From positions 1-55,529 of IMG/VR virus record IMGVR_UViG_3300034104_002925: 55,529 nucleotides of DNA. One strand, 5' to 3'. The stretch is from a virus (taxonomy: Duplodnaviria; Caudoviricetes). The notes beneath the pieces are model-generated. The model worked only from the letters and a program-made list of their open reading frames with translations, had not been told where the DNA came from and did not search any database. Below are positions 28,800 to 39,700 of this stretch, piece by piece. The position numbers and the translations under genes were made by a program. Position 1 is the stretch's first letter. Every line of letters starts with the position of its first letter.

Positions 28800-30467
28800 A
28801 TGAGTATTCAAAACATTCTAGGTTCTACGGGTACAGCCCACAGAAACCTAATGACAGAAAACAAGGGTACAGTTAAGAAGTGGGAAAAGACAGGACTTCT
28901 TGACGGTATCAAGAACGACTATGAAAAGAACTCGATTGCAGTTCTTCTCGAAAACCAAGCAAAGCAACTTATCGACGAATCATCACGTACAGGTACAGCA
29001 GCAGGTTCAGAAGAATGGGCTGGTGTTGCACTTCCACTTGTTCGTCGTATCTTTTCTGAAATCGCAGCGAAGGATTTCGTTTCGGTTCAACCGATGAACC
29101 TTCCTTCAGGTCTCGTGTTCTTCCTTGACTTCAAGTATGGAACAGCACAACCTGGATTCACACAAGGTGCTGGTAAGGATTCACAAGCTGACTCTGTATT
29201 CGGTGTAACTGGTAAAGAAGCTAAGGGTGTTGACCCATCAGGTGGTCTTTACGGTGCAGGTCGCTTTGGTTATTCAATTAACGAAGCAACTTCTGGTAAC
29301 ATCACAACATCTGTTGGAAACACAACAGTAAACACAACAACATTCGCAACTGCTTCTGTTGGTTACTCTTCAACAAGTGTATTCCAATTTGATACAGAAT
29401 TCCAAGCTGCTTACTCAGCTTCTCTTGTTGGTGGTTACATCTACACAATCACAATTTCATCTGCTTCTTTAGGCAGTGGTACTCATGATGTAGAAGGTAT
29501 CCGTGCATTCAAGGTTTCTGGTTCAAACATTCTTGGTTACTTCCCACAGTATACAACAGCTAACTCAAACGATTCACAAATCACATTCGTGGTTTCTGCA
29601 TCAGCTGCACCAGCTAATAACCTTGTTGTTACATATCAGAAGCAACCAACATCAATTACTCGTAACGACTTCGAAGACGGCGTAGGTTCAGCACTTGCTG
29701 AAACAATCGCAATCCCAGAAATCAATCTTGAGCTTCGCTCAGAGTCTATCGTTGCTAAGACACGCAAGTTGAAGGCAGTTTGGACTCCTGAATTCGCACA
29801 AGACTTGAACGCTTACCACTCAATCGACGCTGAAGCAGAATTGACATCGATGCTTTCTGAGTACATTTCACAAGAAATTGACCTCGAAATCCTCGATATG
29901 CTTATCAAGAACGCTCAGACAACAGAAAGATGGTCAGCTCGTATCGGTCGCACATACGATGGTGCTACAAACACATTCGGTGACTACACATCAGGTCAAG
30001 CTCAAGCAGCAGCGTTCAACCAACAAACTTGGTTCCAAACACTTGGTACTAAGATTCAAAAGGTATCGAACGTAATTCACCAGAAGACACTTCGTGGTGG
30101 TGCTAACTTCCTTGTATGTTCACCACAAGTTGCTACAATCCTTGAATCAATTCCTGGATATGCAGTTGACGGTGAAGGCATGAAGTTCGCGATGGGTGTA
30201 CAGAAGGTTGGTCAGCTTAACGGTCGCATCACAGTTTACAAGAACCCATATATGCTCGAAAATCAAATCCTTGTTGGTTTCCGTGGCACACAGTTCCTCG
30301 AAACAGGTGCGGTATATGCTCCTTACATCCCACTCGTAATGACACCGTTGGTATACGATCCAACGAACTTCACACCACGTAAGGGTGTAATGACTCGTTA
30401 CGCGAAGAAGGTCGTTCGTCCTGAATTCTACGGTCTCATCCAAGTTTCTGAACTCGGTGACATCTAA
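28800..30467 (+). CDS. gp23: major capsid protein (T4 gp23-like)
   Basis: LLENQ, PLVRR, VSVQPMNLPSGLVF, AKTRKLKAVWTPEFAQDLNAYH, YAPYIP, PRKGVMTRY; strongly biased codon usage. Confidence 0.97.
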   Translation: MSIQNILGSTGTAHRNLMTENKGTVKKWEKTGLLDGIKNDYEKNSIAVLLENQAKQLIDESSRTGTAAGSEEWAGVALPLVRRIFSEIAAKDFVSVQPMNLPSGLVFFLDFKYGTAQPGFTQGAGKDSQADSVFGVTGKEAKGVDPSGGLYGAGRFGYSINEATSGNITTSVGNTTVNTTTFATASVGYSSTSVFQFDTEFQAAYSASLVGGYIYTITISSASLGSGTHDVEGIRAFKVSGSNILGYFPQYTTANSNDSQITFVVSASAAPANNLVVTYQKQPTSITRNDFEDGVGSALAETIAIPEINLELRSESIVAKTRKLKAVWTPEFAQDLNAYHSIDAEAELTSMLSEYISQEIDLEILDMLIKNAQTTERWSARIGRTYDGATNTFGDYTSGQAQAAAFNQQTWFQTLGTKIQKVSNVIHQKTLRGGANFLVCSPQVATILESIPGYAVDGEGMKFAMGVQKVGQLNGRITVYKNPYMLENQILVGFRGTQFLETGAVYAPYIPLVMTPLVYDPTNFTPRKGVMTRYAKKVVRPEFYGLIQVSELGDI

Positions 30468-30492
30468 TCTATCTAACAAGATAGAGTAAATT

Positions 30493-30522
30493 AAAAGGGG
30501 AGTGAGAAATCACTCCCTTTTT
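30493..30522 (+). terminator. rho-independent terminator after the MCP
   Basis: GGGAGTGA-GAAA-TCACTCCC stem-loop followed by TTTTT. Confidence 0.92.
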
Positions 30523-30532
30523 GTTTTTAACG

Positions 30533-30540
30533 ATATTTAT
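30533..30540 (+). promoter_or_regulatory. putative late promoter ATATTTAT (island unit 1)
   Basis: Immediately after the MCP terminator. Confidence 0.7.
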
Positions 30541-30575
30541 TAGTATATTATGACGATTAATCACAGGAGTTTTTA

Positions 30576-31520
30576 ATGGCAGCTACATATGGAATGTCCA
30601 CACCTATAATGTCATCGGTGATGCCGAATCCTATGACTGTTCCCGTTATGTCAACAGTGATGCCGAATCCTATGACTACAACAAATACAGTTAGTTCTAT
30701 GGGTGCTCAAGGTTTACCAATGTCAAATGCTTTGCCAATTATTGTAAATGAAAATACACCAAATCTTGCAGAGATACAATCATTTCCAGTTATAGTTAGT
30801 GGTGGTGGGATTCATATGCACCAAGACCCTGTTAGTGGTCAACGATATAGAATGAATGATGAATTTCATTCAAGAATACCACAAATATTGGCTGATAGAC
30901 AATCAGGTGTTAATTCAAATACAGATACAACAGATTCGGTAACACAATATCTAAACGATTTACTTACATATACAAGTAAACCAGAAAATTTAGTTAAAGA
31001 AGTTCCAATGGAAACTCAGTCTGTTGTTACGATAAATTCAAAAGATATATTAGATTCTGCAATAGGAATAACAAATATTCAGAATAATGGTCAAACTATT
31101 ACAGCAACACAACCAAACAGAATTTCTATTTCTACAAATACTAATATTCCTGGATTGGGTAGTCAACAACAGAAAAATGAATTGCAAAAATCTTTAGAAT
31201 CTCAACTAAATTCAAGACCGCAATTATTTAGTAGAGAAACATCAACATCACAAACTACCATATTTACACAAAAAACTATGAGTAGTACAAATATGTTTTC
31301 TCCTATAAGTCAAACACAATTACAATCAATTACAACTACAACAAAAACAAATTACCCTGTCAATAATTTTTCTGTAATTGGAATTCCTGACTCTACTCAA
31401 TATCAACAAACAAATATATTTATACCAACAAATTCATTTGGCGGAATAACTAATAATAATATTTCTATTCAAAGAAATACAAATTCAATCTTACCTACCA
31501 ATAAATTTTACGATACTTAA
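30576..31520 (+). CDS. low-complexity Thr/Ser/Asn/Gln-rich hypothetical protein
   Basis: AGGAG SD; 39-nt tandem duplication encoding MSxVMPNPMT twice. Confidence 0.75.
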   Translation: MAATYGMSTPIMSSVMPNPMTVPVMSTVMPNPMTTTNTVSSMGAQGLPMSNALPIIVNENTPNLAEIQSFPVIVSGGGIHMHQDPVSGQRYRMNDEFHSRIPQILADRQSGVNSNTDTTDSVTQYLNDLLTYTSKPENLVKEVPMETQSVVTINSKDILDSAIGITNIQNNGQTITATQPNRISISTNTNIPGLGSQQQKNELQKSLESQLNSRPQLFSRETSTSQTTIFTQKTMSSTNMFSPISQTQLQSITTTTKTNYPVNNFSVIGIPDSTQYQQTNIFIPTNSFGGITNNNISIQRNTNSILPTNKFYDT

Positions 31521-31527
31521 ATAAGTT

Positions 31528-34500
31528 ATGGCGATAATAAATAGATTTCAGATACGAAGGTATAACGAGATACTTGTAGATGTACCTGCCGGAACAATAC
31601 CGGATGGTGGATTTAGTACGTTTAATTTAGATAATCCAGCTACAACAGGACCATTTGGTACAAGCGATTTTCTCGGTGTAATTAAACAATCTGTATTGAT
31701 TGGTGAAGTAATTAAAGAAGTAATTGATACAAATCCCAGAAGATTAAGACAAGATCCAATACCACCTGGACGATTTAATCAACTTACGCAAGCTGAATTT
31801 GATGCATTTTTACTAAATGGTGATATAGTTATAAATCCACTAACTCGTGGTCAAGCAGAGGTAGTGGGGTGGGTGGAATTAGGGAAATCATATCCTTCAT
31901 TTTATTATAGAGATTGTACTGTATCAGGTGGTAGTGGAAAACAACCGAAATCTGATAACTATTATGAATTGAATGAATTGCAACTATCTCTGTATAGAGT
32001 TTCTGGTCAAGGAAATACTCCATCAGCACTACAGCAAATTGGTGGGTGGAATATAAATGAAACTTATGGTAATTGGGGTGCTCGTGCATATCCAGGTCAA
32101 CAACCATTAATGTTTGCGGACTACATTCAAATCGTAACAAATGGTGGTAGATATGCGGATGACTCATTTACATATTTAACTGAGAGGACTTTATTTCAAA
32201 TACCTCTTTTGATTGCAAATAGAAATGAAAATTTTGATGGAAATAATACAACAATTTTAACTCCATCATTTTCTGATCCAACAAGTACAACCCCTACAAC
32301 AGAGAAAACAGTTTACGGGCGACTACGCCGAACCATCACAGAAGGATTTAGACCATCTTTTAAAACTAATGTTGGTCAGTGTCTTTTAATATCGACCACA
32401 GTAACTCCTCCACCTCCATCCATAACTGATGACGATGTGACAACTGAAACAGAAGAAGATCTTTTATCCGATACATATGATTATTTTGGAGAGGAAGATT
32501 TTTCGGAAGTTTTACCCGAAAATCTAGATGAAGAAGTATCAATACTTACAAATGAAGACCTTGGTATTTTGCCTTGTGAAAGGACTTTTGGATTACCAAT
32601 ACGTGTATATTCGAATGGGGTATTTGTTGCAACTGGTAGTAATTCTTATTTTGGTGCAAATATAAATTCTATGTCTGGGTCGGTTGAAACACTAGAATCT
32701 GGAAAAACTGATGTTGGTCCTGTGGACATAATATTGGAAGATTCACTTATCAGCGATGGTATACGAGACCCAAGATCAATAGCTACTAATAATGAATTTA
32801 TTCCACATGGAACCTATAAGGCACTCTTGAATAAAAATGATTGTGTTATAGAAATTCATGAAGACTTCCGCGATAAAGACGGAGACATACCGGAAGTAGT
32901 GGGTCCTATTGTTACACGATATATAGAAAATATTAGAAAAGAAATGATAAATCGTTTTATAACCAAAAATCCATTAAGATTAATAGGATATGGAACGGAT
33001 GGTTATGAATATTATAGTGATGGTAATTCTTATACTGAATTACATGGAGAATCTATTTTTGGATGTGGCTCTCCTTTTTCTATAGCAGACGTACCAGAAA
33101 TTTTTAATGAAATGTATCCTATTTCGATAAAAGATAGACGTGGTAAAACTGTTTTTGGACATGAAGAAAATGAAAATGTAACATTTTTTAGAGAAACATT
33201 TGAAAGACCAACACAACTATCAATAGAGGCACTAAAAGTATTGGATTGGTTAGGTGGTTTAGATAAAAGGTTTGTTGAAAAACGAGGAACATTATCAGAT
33301 ATGTTTAATGATTTTGTTCTTGGTGTACCCGATTTAGATTTTGCACTTGTTGGCGAAGATTCATCGGAATCAATGCTTAATGATTTAATTGCAACTACAG
33401 TAGGTGGAATTGTTGGAGCAACAGTTGCGTCATTTTTTATATCCGATACGAAAGATTATCTATCACAGATAGAGGGTAGTTCGAATTTAATACTAGCTGG
33501 TGCTTCTGTTGGTTATTCATTACTGCAAGTTATAGAATCAGAAGAAGGTGTTTATAGAAAAGATTGGTATCCAAGTAGTATAAAACCAAAACCAAGATCG
33601 ATAGCTAGATATAGGTCGTATAATTCATTTTGGAAAAGAGAAGGTATAAATAAAGTATATTATGAAACCACACCAAATGTGGATTCATCTATTATAACAA
33701 CAAATACTGATACTTTGATAGATTTTCCTGTTTGGGAGGGAAAAACTCCACGTCAGTTAAGAACTGCACAGTTTAAATTATCATATCCATCAAGGTGGAA
33801 ATCTATGATGCGACCAATTTATGAACAATTGTGGCATGATACAGATGAAATAAAACCACAAAATGTTTCTACTCGTCAATATTTGGGTGAAAACATACTT
33901 GAATTGGAACTCGGTGATTATGAAACCCATAGAAAACAATTTGGAATGTCTAAAAATTTATATGATTATATTGACGATTCTATTTCAATACGAATAGATG
34001 ACGATGTATTTTCTGATGAATCTCAACAAATTGATATATTAACAAGTATAGTCACAAATGTAAATTTTCAACTACGAGGATTTTTTGATGAAAAATTCGC
34101 AAATATAATAGGATTTAGTGTTGATCAACCCGTTACTACAATATCTAATCTGGCAAATAATATTAAAAATTTGAACGATTTGAGTAGCTATATTGTTTTA
34201 TTGGATTCTATTTTACAAACGTATTCTAGTATAATTCAATTTACAAATGATATTGAATCATCTATCAGGCGACTAGAATCTATTGGAAACAGTATTGGTA
34301 AATATATCCAAGAACATGAAAATGGATTTATGGGACCACCAAATGAATCTTTAAAACAAGAATTAATGAGTGCTGGTGAGGAGTTATTAATTAGTATATC
34401 CGAATCAGTTGTAAATTATGTTATTACGTCTGGTTTACAATGGTTGACTAATGAATTAAATAGAACAAATCCACCTAGAAGTTCATTTTCCCCAAGAAGA

Positions 34501-36501
34501 GTTTTTAAAAAAGGTGGTATTTACTTGAAATCAAAATCTGGTAACTACTTTACAAATAAACAACCATGTCCGATTTTATTTTTAGGATTTAATGACGAAG
34601 GCGTAATGTCTTCTTTTTCAGAGTATAATAAACAATTAGATTGCTTATCGACCTTAAATAAAGAAGATAAAATTGATAATCTAAAATATAGTGATAAACG
34701 AGGATTTTTGGCATCTAGTCGTAATCCAATAATGTCATCAATTCAACCAACGTTAGGTGACGTACCATATCGCAACAATTTTCAAGATATAATAAATCCT
34801 GTTAAGCAAGAAACTATACCGGTTATAAACAAGAGAATCCGTCAGTATGGTAGAAATCCATTATTGGACATATTTTATTTAAATCTTATACCCGAATCAT
34901 TTGCAAATAATTGTATTTCAAGATTTGGTTGGCCCGTTGCCCCCTATACACATAGAACATCAACACCAATGCCATATCGATTTCCAAATCAAAATGACTG
35001 GGCCGGAAATCGTCAATTTACAAAAGATTATTCAACTCCATCATATTTTCCACCACATTGGAATGAACCTGGTATAGTAGAAGGTTCTTCTGGGAAGTTT
35101 TACAAAGATTTTTCAATGTTTAAACACGGAGATCCTTTATTCTTCAATAGACAATCAAGTAATATTCTATCAGCAAAAGATAGATGGACAATGAGTATTG
35201 ACACCGTATCTGATGAAAATATTGTAGTGTTGAATGATAAAACACCAATATTGGATATTTATTTTGGTTTACTTGAAATGCACGTTAATGGATTTTCTTG
35301 GGAGGAAATAAATCATTACATAAAAAGAGCAAAGTCTGCAATAAACATTGGAATTGCAGATGTTGAATTTCTAAATGAAAAAGTTCCATCTACACTACTT
35401 TCATCAATTAATTTGATAGAATTAGAGCAATTATGGAAAATAATAGACTCTCGACTAAGTAATACGCAACTATACATATCACCAGACGGTTTTTGGTATA
35501 AAGTAGAACCAATTTCAACGGATTTAGGACAAGGTAGACTTGGTGAGGCGTTACTTGGTGCTGCTCTAAATATTGGTGTAAATGCATCTGGTGAAAAAGA
35601 ATTATCTAATAGATATAGAAGACAATTGAGTTTGGTAAATAATACAAATAAAACTATAACTGTAAAATCAACTAGAATAACATCTGAATACGGTGTATTT
35701 GATATTTTTGGTAATTCACCATCCGATATGTTTTACGTCGGTTATAATATACTAACAAATCCAAGTACAGAAGGTGTATTGGATTTTAATCAAACATTTA
35801 ATCCAATAACACTACAACCATTTACTCCAAATCCAAAAGAACAAAACTTAATTTGGCTACAGCCATTTCCGATTTGGGTATGGTTTATTCCATACGGTGC
35901 TCAACCTGGTTTTGAATATACGGCTGATCTAGAATTGATATGTGATATAGATGGTGAGGAATATGTATTTAGTAAACAACTGATTGCTAGTGTGGAAAAT
36001 AAACCATCGGTTAGAAACTGGTCGGTTGAACTATTATCTGCATCTGAGGTTATTCACTATGGTAGAATTGAAGATATATTTTCTTATGAACAAGAAAAAT
36101 TCTCAATCGGCTATGAAAATTATGCCAGAGAAAATATAATGATAGATAATGTTCAAATACAAAATGAAAGAGTTCTTGATAATAACGGTAATGACATAAC
36201 ATCTCAAATTACCGATTCTCCGAATTTCTTTATATTTGATGGGGTAGACAAAGAATTTGAAAAACAAATTTTTCCAAATCAAAAAATTGGATGGTCTGGG
36301 GGAAATAACCCAGAAGAAATTATAGATGGTCAAAATATAGTAGTGAATAAAGAATCATTGACACTCACGAATACATTTGGAAAAAATAGAATATATGTTG
36401 CAGACGCAATAATAACATATTCTTTGAATCCAAGAATAAATTCAACTTCAAGAATGGTAAAAACAACGATGACTCAATTAAGATTTTCCACAATTAGTTA
36501 A
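31528..36501 (+). CDS. giant hypothetical protein (1657 aa) with Gly-rich hydrophobic segments and C-terminal Ig/ASH-like domains
   Basis: Long ORF; LIATTVGGIVGATVASFFI; LSLVNNTNKTITVKS...FIPYGA...YTADLEL. Confidence 0.85.
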   Translation: MAIINRFQIRRYNEILVDVPAGTIPDGGFSTFNLDNPATTGPFGTSDFLGVIKQSVLIGEVIKEVIDTNPRRLRQDPIPPGRFNQLTQAEFDAFLLNGDIVINPLTRGQAEVVGWVELGKSYPSFYYRDCTVSGGSGKQPKSDNYYELNELQLSLYRVSGQGNTPSALQQIGGWNINETYGNWGARAYPGQQPLMFADYIQIVTNGGRYADDSFTYLTERTLFQIPLLIANRNENFDGNNTTILTPSFSDPTSTTPTTEKTVYGRLRRTITEGFRPSFKTNVGQCLLISTTVTPPPPSITDDDVTTETEEDLLSDTYDYFGEEDFSEVLPENLDEEVSILTNEDLGILPCERTFGLPIRVYSNGVFVATGSNSYFGANINSMSGSVETLESGKTDVGPVDIILEDSLISDGIRDPRSIATNNEFIPHGTYKALLNKNDCVIEIHEDFRDKDGDIPEVVGPIVTRYIENIRKEMINRFITKNPLRLIGYGTDGYEYYSDGNSYTELHGESIFGCGSPFSIADVPEIFNEMYPISIKDRRGKTVFGHEENENVTFFRETFERPTQLSIEALKVLDWLGGLDKRFVEKRGTLSDMFNDFVLGVPDLDFALVGEDSSESMLNDLIATTVGGIVGATVASFFISDTKDYLSQIEGSSNLILAGASVGYSLLQVIESEEGVYRKDWYPSSIKPKPRSIARYRSYNSFWKREGINKVYYETTPNVDSSIITTNTDTLIDFPVWEGKTPRQLRTAQFKLSYPSRWKSMMRPIYEQLWHDTDEIKPQNVSTRQYLGENILELELGDYETHRKQFGMSKNLYDYIDDSISIRIDDDVFSDESQQIDILTSIVTNVNFQLRGFFDEKFANIIGFSVDQPVTTISNLANNIKNLNDLSSYIVLLDSILQTYSSIIQFTNDIESSIRRLESIGNSIGKYIQEHENGFMGPPNESLKQELMSAGEELLISISESVVNYVITSGLQWLTNELNRTNPPRSSFSPRRVFKKGGIYLKSKSGNYFTNKQPCPILFLGFNDEGVMSSFSEYNKQLDCLSTLNKEDKIDNLKYSDKRGFLASSRNPIMSSIQPTLGDVPYRNNFQDIINPVKQETIPVINKRIRQYGRNPLLDIFYLNLIPESFANNCISRFGWPVAPYTHRTSTPMPYRFPNQNDWAGNRQFTKDYSTPSYFPPHWNEPGIVEGSSGKFYKDFSMFKHGDPLFFNRQSSNILSAKDRWTMSIDTVSDENIVVLNDKTPILDIYFGLLEMHVNGFSWEEINHYIKRAKSAINIGIADVEFLNEKVPSTLLSSINLIELEQLWKIIDSRLSNTQLYISPDGFWYKVEPISTDLGQGRLGEALLGAALNIGVNASGEKELSNRYRRQLSLVNNTNKTITVKSTRITSEYGVFDIFGNSPSDMFYVGYNILTNPSTEGVLDFNQTFNPITLQPFTPNPKEQNLIWLQPFPIWVWFIPYGAQPGFEYTADLELICDIDGEEYVFSKQLIASVENKPSVRNWSVELLSASEVIHYGRIEDIFSYEQEKFSIGYENYARENIMIDNVQIQNERVLDNNGNDITSQITDSPNFFIFDGVDKEFEKQIFPNQKIGWSGGNNPEEIIDGQNIVVNKESLTLTNTFGKNRIYVADAIITYSLNPRINSTSRMVKTTMTQLRFSTIS

Positions 36502-36512
36502 AAAAAATTACT

Positions 36513-36520
36513 ATATTTAT
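36513..36520 (+). promoter_or_regulatory. putative late promoter ATATTTAT (island unit 2)
   Basis: Recurrent motif. Confidence 0.7.
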
Positions 36521-36542
36521 AGTATGTGAGATTTATTGTATA

Positions 36543-36785
36543 ATGAAAGGTTATGAAATGACAGAAAAAAGAGTCGATGAGTTATTAAAATATTATGAAG
36601 CATCAAGAAATGTTTTGGATACTTCTCATAAGAATTATCCTGAAAAATTCAATAAAATTGCAACCGAAATTGCACTTGGTTTATTTGACGATACAATTTC
36701 TATCATAAAGTATATGAGCTTAAATCCAAGTCTTATACAAGAAATAAATTCTATAACAAAAGAAACTTCTAACGAGAATCAATAA
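36543..36785 (+). CDS. small helical hypothetical protein
   Basis: Fills the gap between promoter and giant gene; its stop abuts the next ATG; start at 36543 or 36558. Confidence 0.7.
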   Translation: MKGYEMTEKRVDELLKYYEASRNVLDTSHKNYPEKFNKIATEIALGLFDDTISIIKYMSLNPSLIQEINSITKETSNENQ

Positions 36786-39700
36786 ATGGCAGGACCAAAA
36801 ATACGTGCTCTTTTTGATACAACATTTGGTGGATTACCACCAAATGCTTTTAAGTATTTGGATTTAGGGCCAATAAACGTAAAAAGAAGAGAATCTAGTA
36901 ATGAATACACGGTATCTATCCAAAATCTAGGAGATTCAGACCTAGAAGTCACCAGTATGGAATTTATCAATGGTATAAATTCATTCTTGTCAGATGGATA
37001 TAATCCTGGATTAGACCAAAGTAAATCGTATGGTTTTGTTATAAGGCAACTTGTTCAGTTTCCATTTATAGTACCATCTGGTAAATTACCTGTACAAAAC
37101 AGTTTTTATAATGCATATCCTGTTTTGAAAATTTCTTATGATGGTAATGGTGTTCCTGATGATTTACTTCATAATATATTTAACTTACAAATAATATTCA
37201 ACTCAAATGATCCAACAATGGGCCAAGATGTTGATGATGGGCGCGGAAGCAAAAATCATCCTGTTTTATTTTCTGGTGGCAGATTTAATAATATAACATT
37301 TGGCAGAGTTATTGTAGAGGCGAGCCCAAAAGGAAGACTCTCTTGGGATCCAAATTCAAATTTGGTTTTTGAAAAGAATATACACGGATATATATCTACA
37401 CCAAAAATCAAAGATACAAAACTTTGGAATAATTACGCCAAAAAAAGAATATCGGATATACTAAATGGTAGTTCTAGGATTACTATATCTAGTTTTTTAA
37501 AAATGAATGATTTTCAAAATAATGGAGATTTTGATGACAATCTACCAGAAGTAAAACGAGTTTTTGATAGATTTTCAGACCCACTACCTCCATACGATTT
37601 TATGTGGCCGTATGGAGACTATTATCCATATAATGGCCTCAGAAGAACAATAGATTACGTTAGTAACAGTAGAGTTGATAAATATTTTAAAAGGTCTCGT
37701 AAATATTTTAATTGGGATGTGGATAAATCATTAGTTTTAACCGCAGACTCTTTAAGAGAATTTGGAATAAATCCAATAAATGTTGGACAGAAAAGGCAAA
37801 GGCGAGAATGGGGATTTCGTGAAAAAGTTTTGAGAGGATTTCCATACTTTTTTCCAAAGTATATATCACCATCCAAAAACTCTTCACAAGATCCTTTTAA
37901 TGTAAATATAAACACGCCATGTGGTACAGGACCTGTAATAGCTGGATTTGTTACGGCTGGTAGTGGTATATTTGGTGGTATTCCATCGTCGGCAAATATT
38001 GGATATGATTTCATAGAATCACAAAAAACCGTAAATTCTCCAACAGATTTACCACACACAAATCCTAAAACACCAACTGGTTTAATTTTTATACAAGATG
38101 AAACGGGTGCTATAGGATTTTCATTAGGTTCTGATATGAGATATATGGAAAATCCAATATTGCATAATTCAAATTTTGCAGAATCATCTTTAATTTTTGA
38201 CAAGATGCATCTTGGATCTCTTGGTATACCAAAAGCCGATTATCGTCAATTTTTAAAAGAAGGTGACCTTGTAGTGATTCAATTGGGAGTCGGACTAAAA
38301 TACTGGCACCCAGTTCTTGGTGCTGAACCAAGATATTGGGAAAATCTTTTCGGTGAAGAAGAGTTTACAAAACTTCAAAGTTCAAGAAAATCATCAACAC
38401 CAATAATAGAAACAAGCTCCACAAACACAATAGAAGATAAAACAAATAAACCACTTAAAAAGACATTCACCACTCCAGAAGGAGAGGTGCTTGAAATAGA
38501 TGTGACTAACTCATCTAATAATGATATACAATCTTCATCTGGTAGAAAAGAAAATTTCATACCACCATACGTGGACAACTGGGGAGCATATACAGATAGA
38601 CCTTCTAATAATGCAATGGAATTGGCCATAGATTATGATTTGTTTGAAAATGAAACTGAACCTGAAATATTTGATGCGACTCTAATATCGAGAGAATCAG
38701 CTGCAAGATATTTAGAAGGAATTATAAACGTTATAAATGGTGTTGTAGAAGGTGCAAAAGAAGGGGCAAGAGAAGGTACAAGATTAGGTGGTCCACTTGG
38801 TGCTATTATTGGCGCTGTTGTTGGTGCGGTTATAATGGGTGGTGCCCAAGTATATCTAATGGAAACTATGTTTTATAGAGAACGGTATGTCTTACGATCA
38901 AGATCATTAAGAGATGGTCAATATCCATATACAACATTTTATCCTATACAGGAATACCATCCTTGGTCAACCGGAACCCCGATACCAATTGACAATGGTA
39001 TGCCTTATATAATGTCAGATGTATTTTCAGTTGATACTAGAGAAAGACTTGCACCTGCACCAAAACAAATAACGGCCGCTCAATTAAGAGGAATACCGGA
39101 AGACACTTGGAGATGGAATCCATCATTAGAATGGAGTATACCAAAAGAACATCAGGACTCATTTAAAGAACTTGTTAAAGAAGTTAGAACTGATGAGGAT
39201 ACTGGTGAAACATATTTTATTGAGTATTTTAAAACTAATCCAAATAGTCCATACAGACTTAAAAAAGAAAATCAATTGGAAGAATTTCCAGGTATTAGAA
39301 ATGAGCCGGTAACACCATATACATTAAATCCTGGATCTGAGTATAAAGGACAACTTGTAACTATAAAAAATGTTAGATTTATAAATCCACCACAAAAAGA
39401 ATATCTTGTTGCGAAGGTTGCTTCCACTGAAAAATTAAAAAGATTCAAAGAAGATAGGGCAACAATTTTATCCGATTTAAATAAATGGATAAGTAGTGGT
39501 AAAGACATAAAAGAATTTAAAATTCAAATAGGTGATATACCGGAAATACAGTCACAAATACCAAAAATTTTATCAGATGTTGGTGATATTTTAAAATATG
39601 GTTTACCAACTATAAGACTCGCTATCACATTCATGGAGACCTTTTTCAAAGGAGAACTCCAAAAAATACTTGGTCCAGAAATTGTTGGTGGTATAAATAC

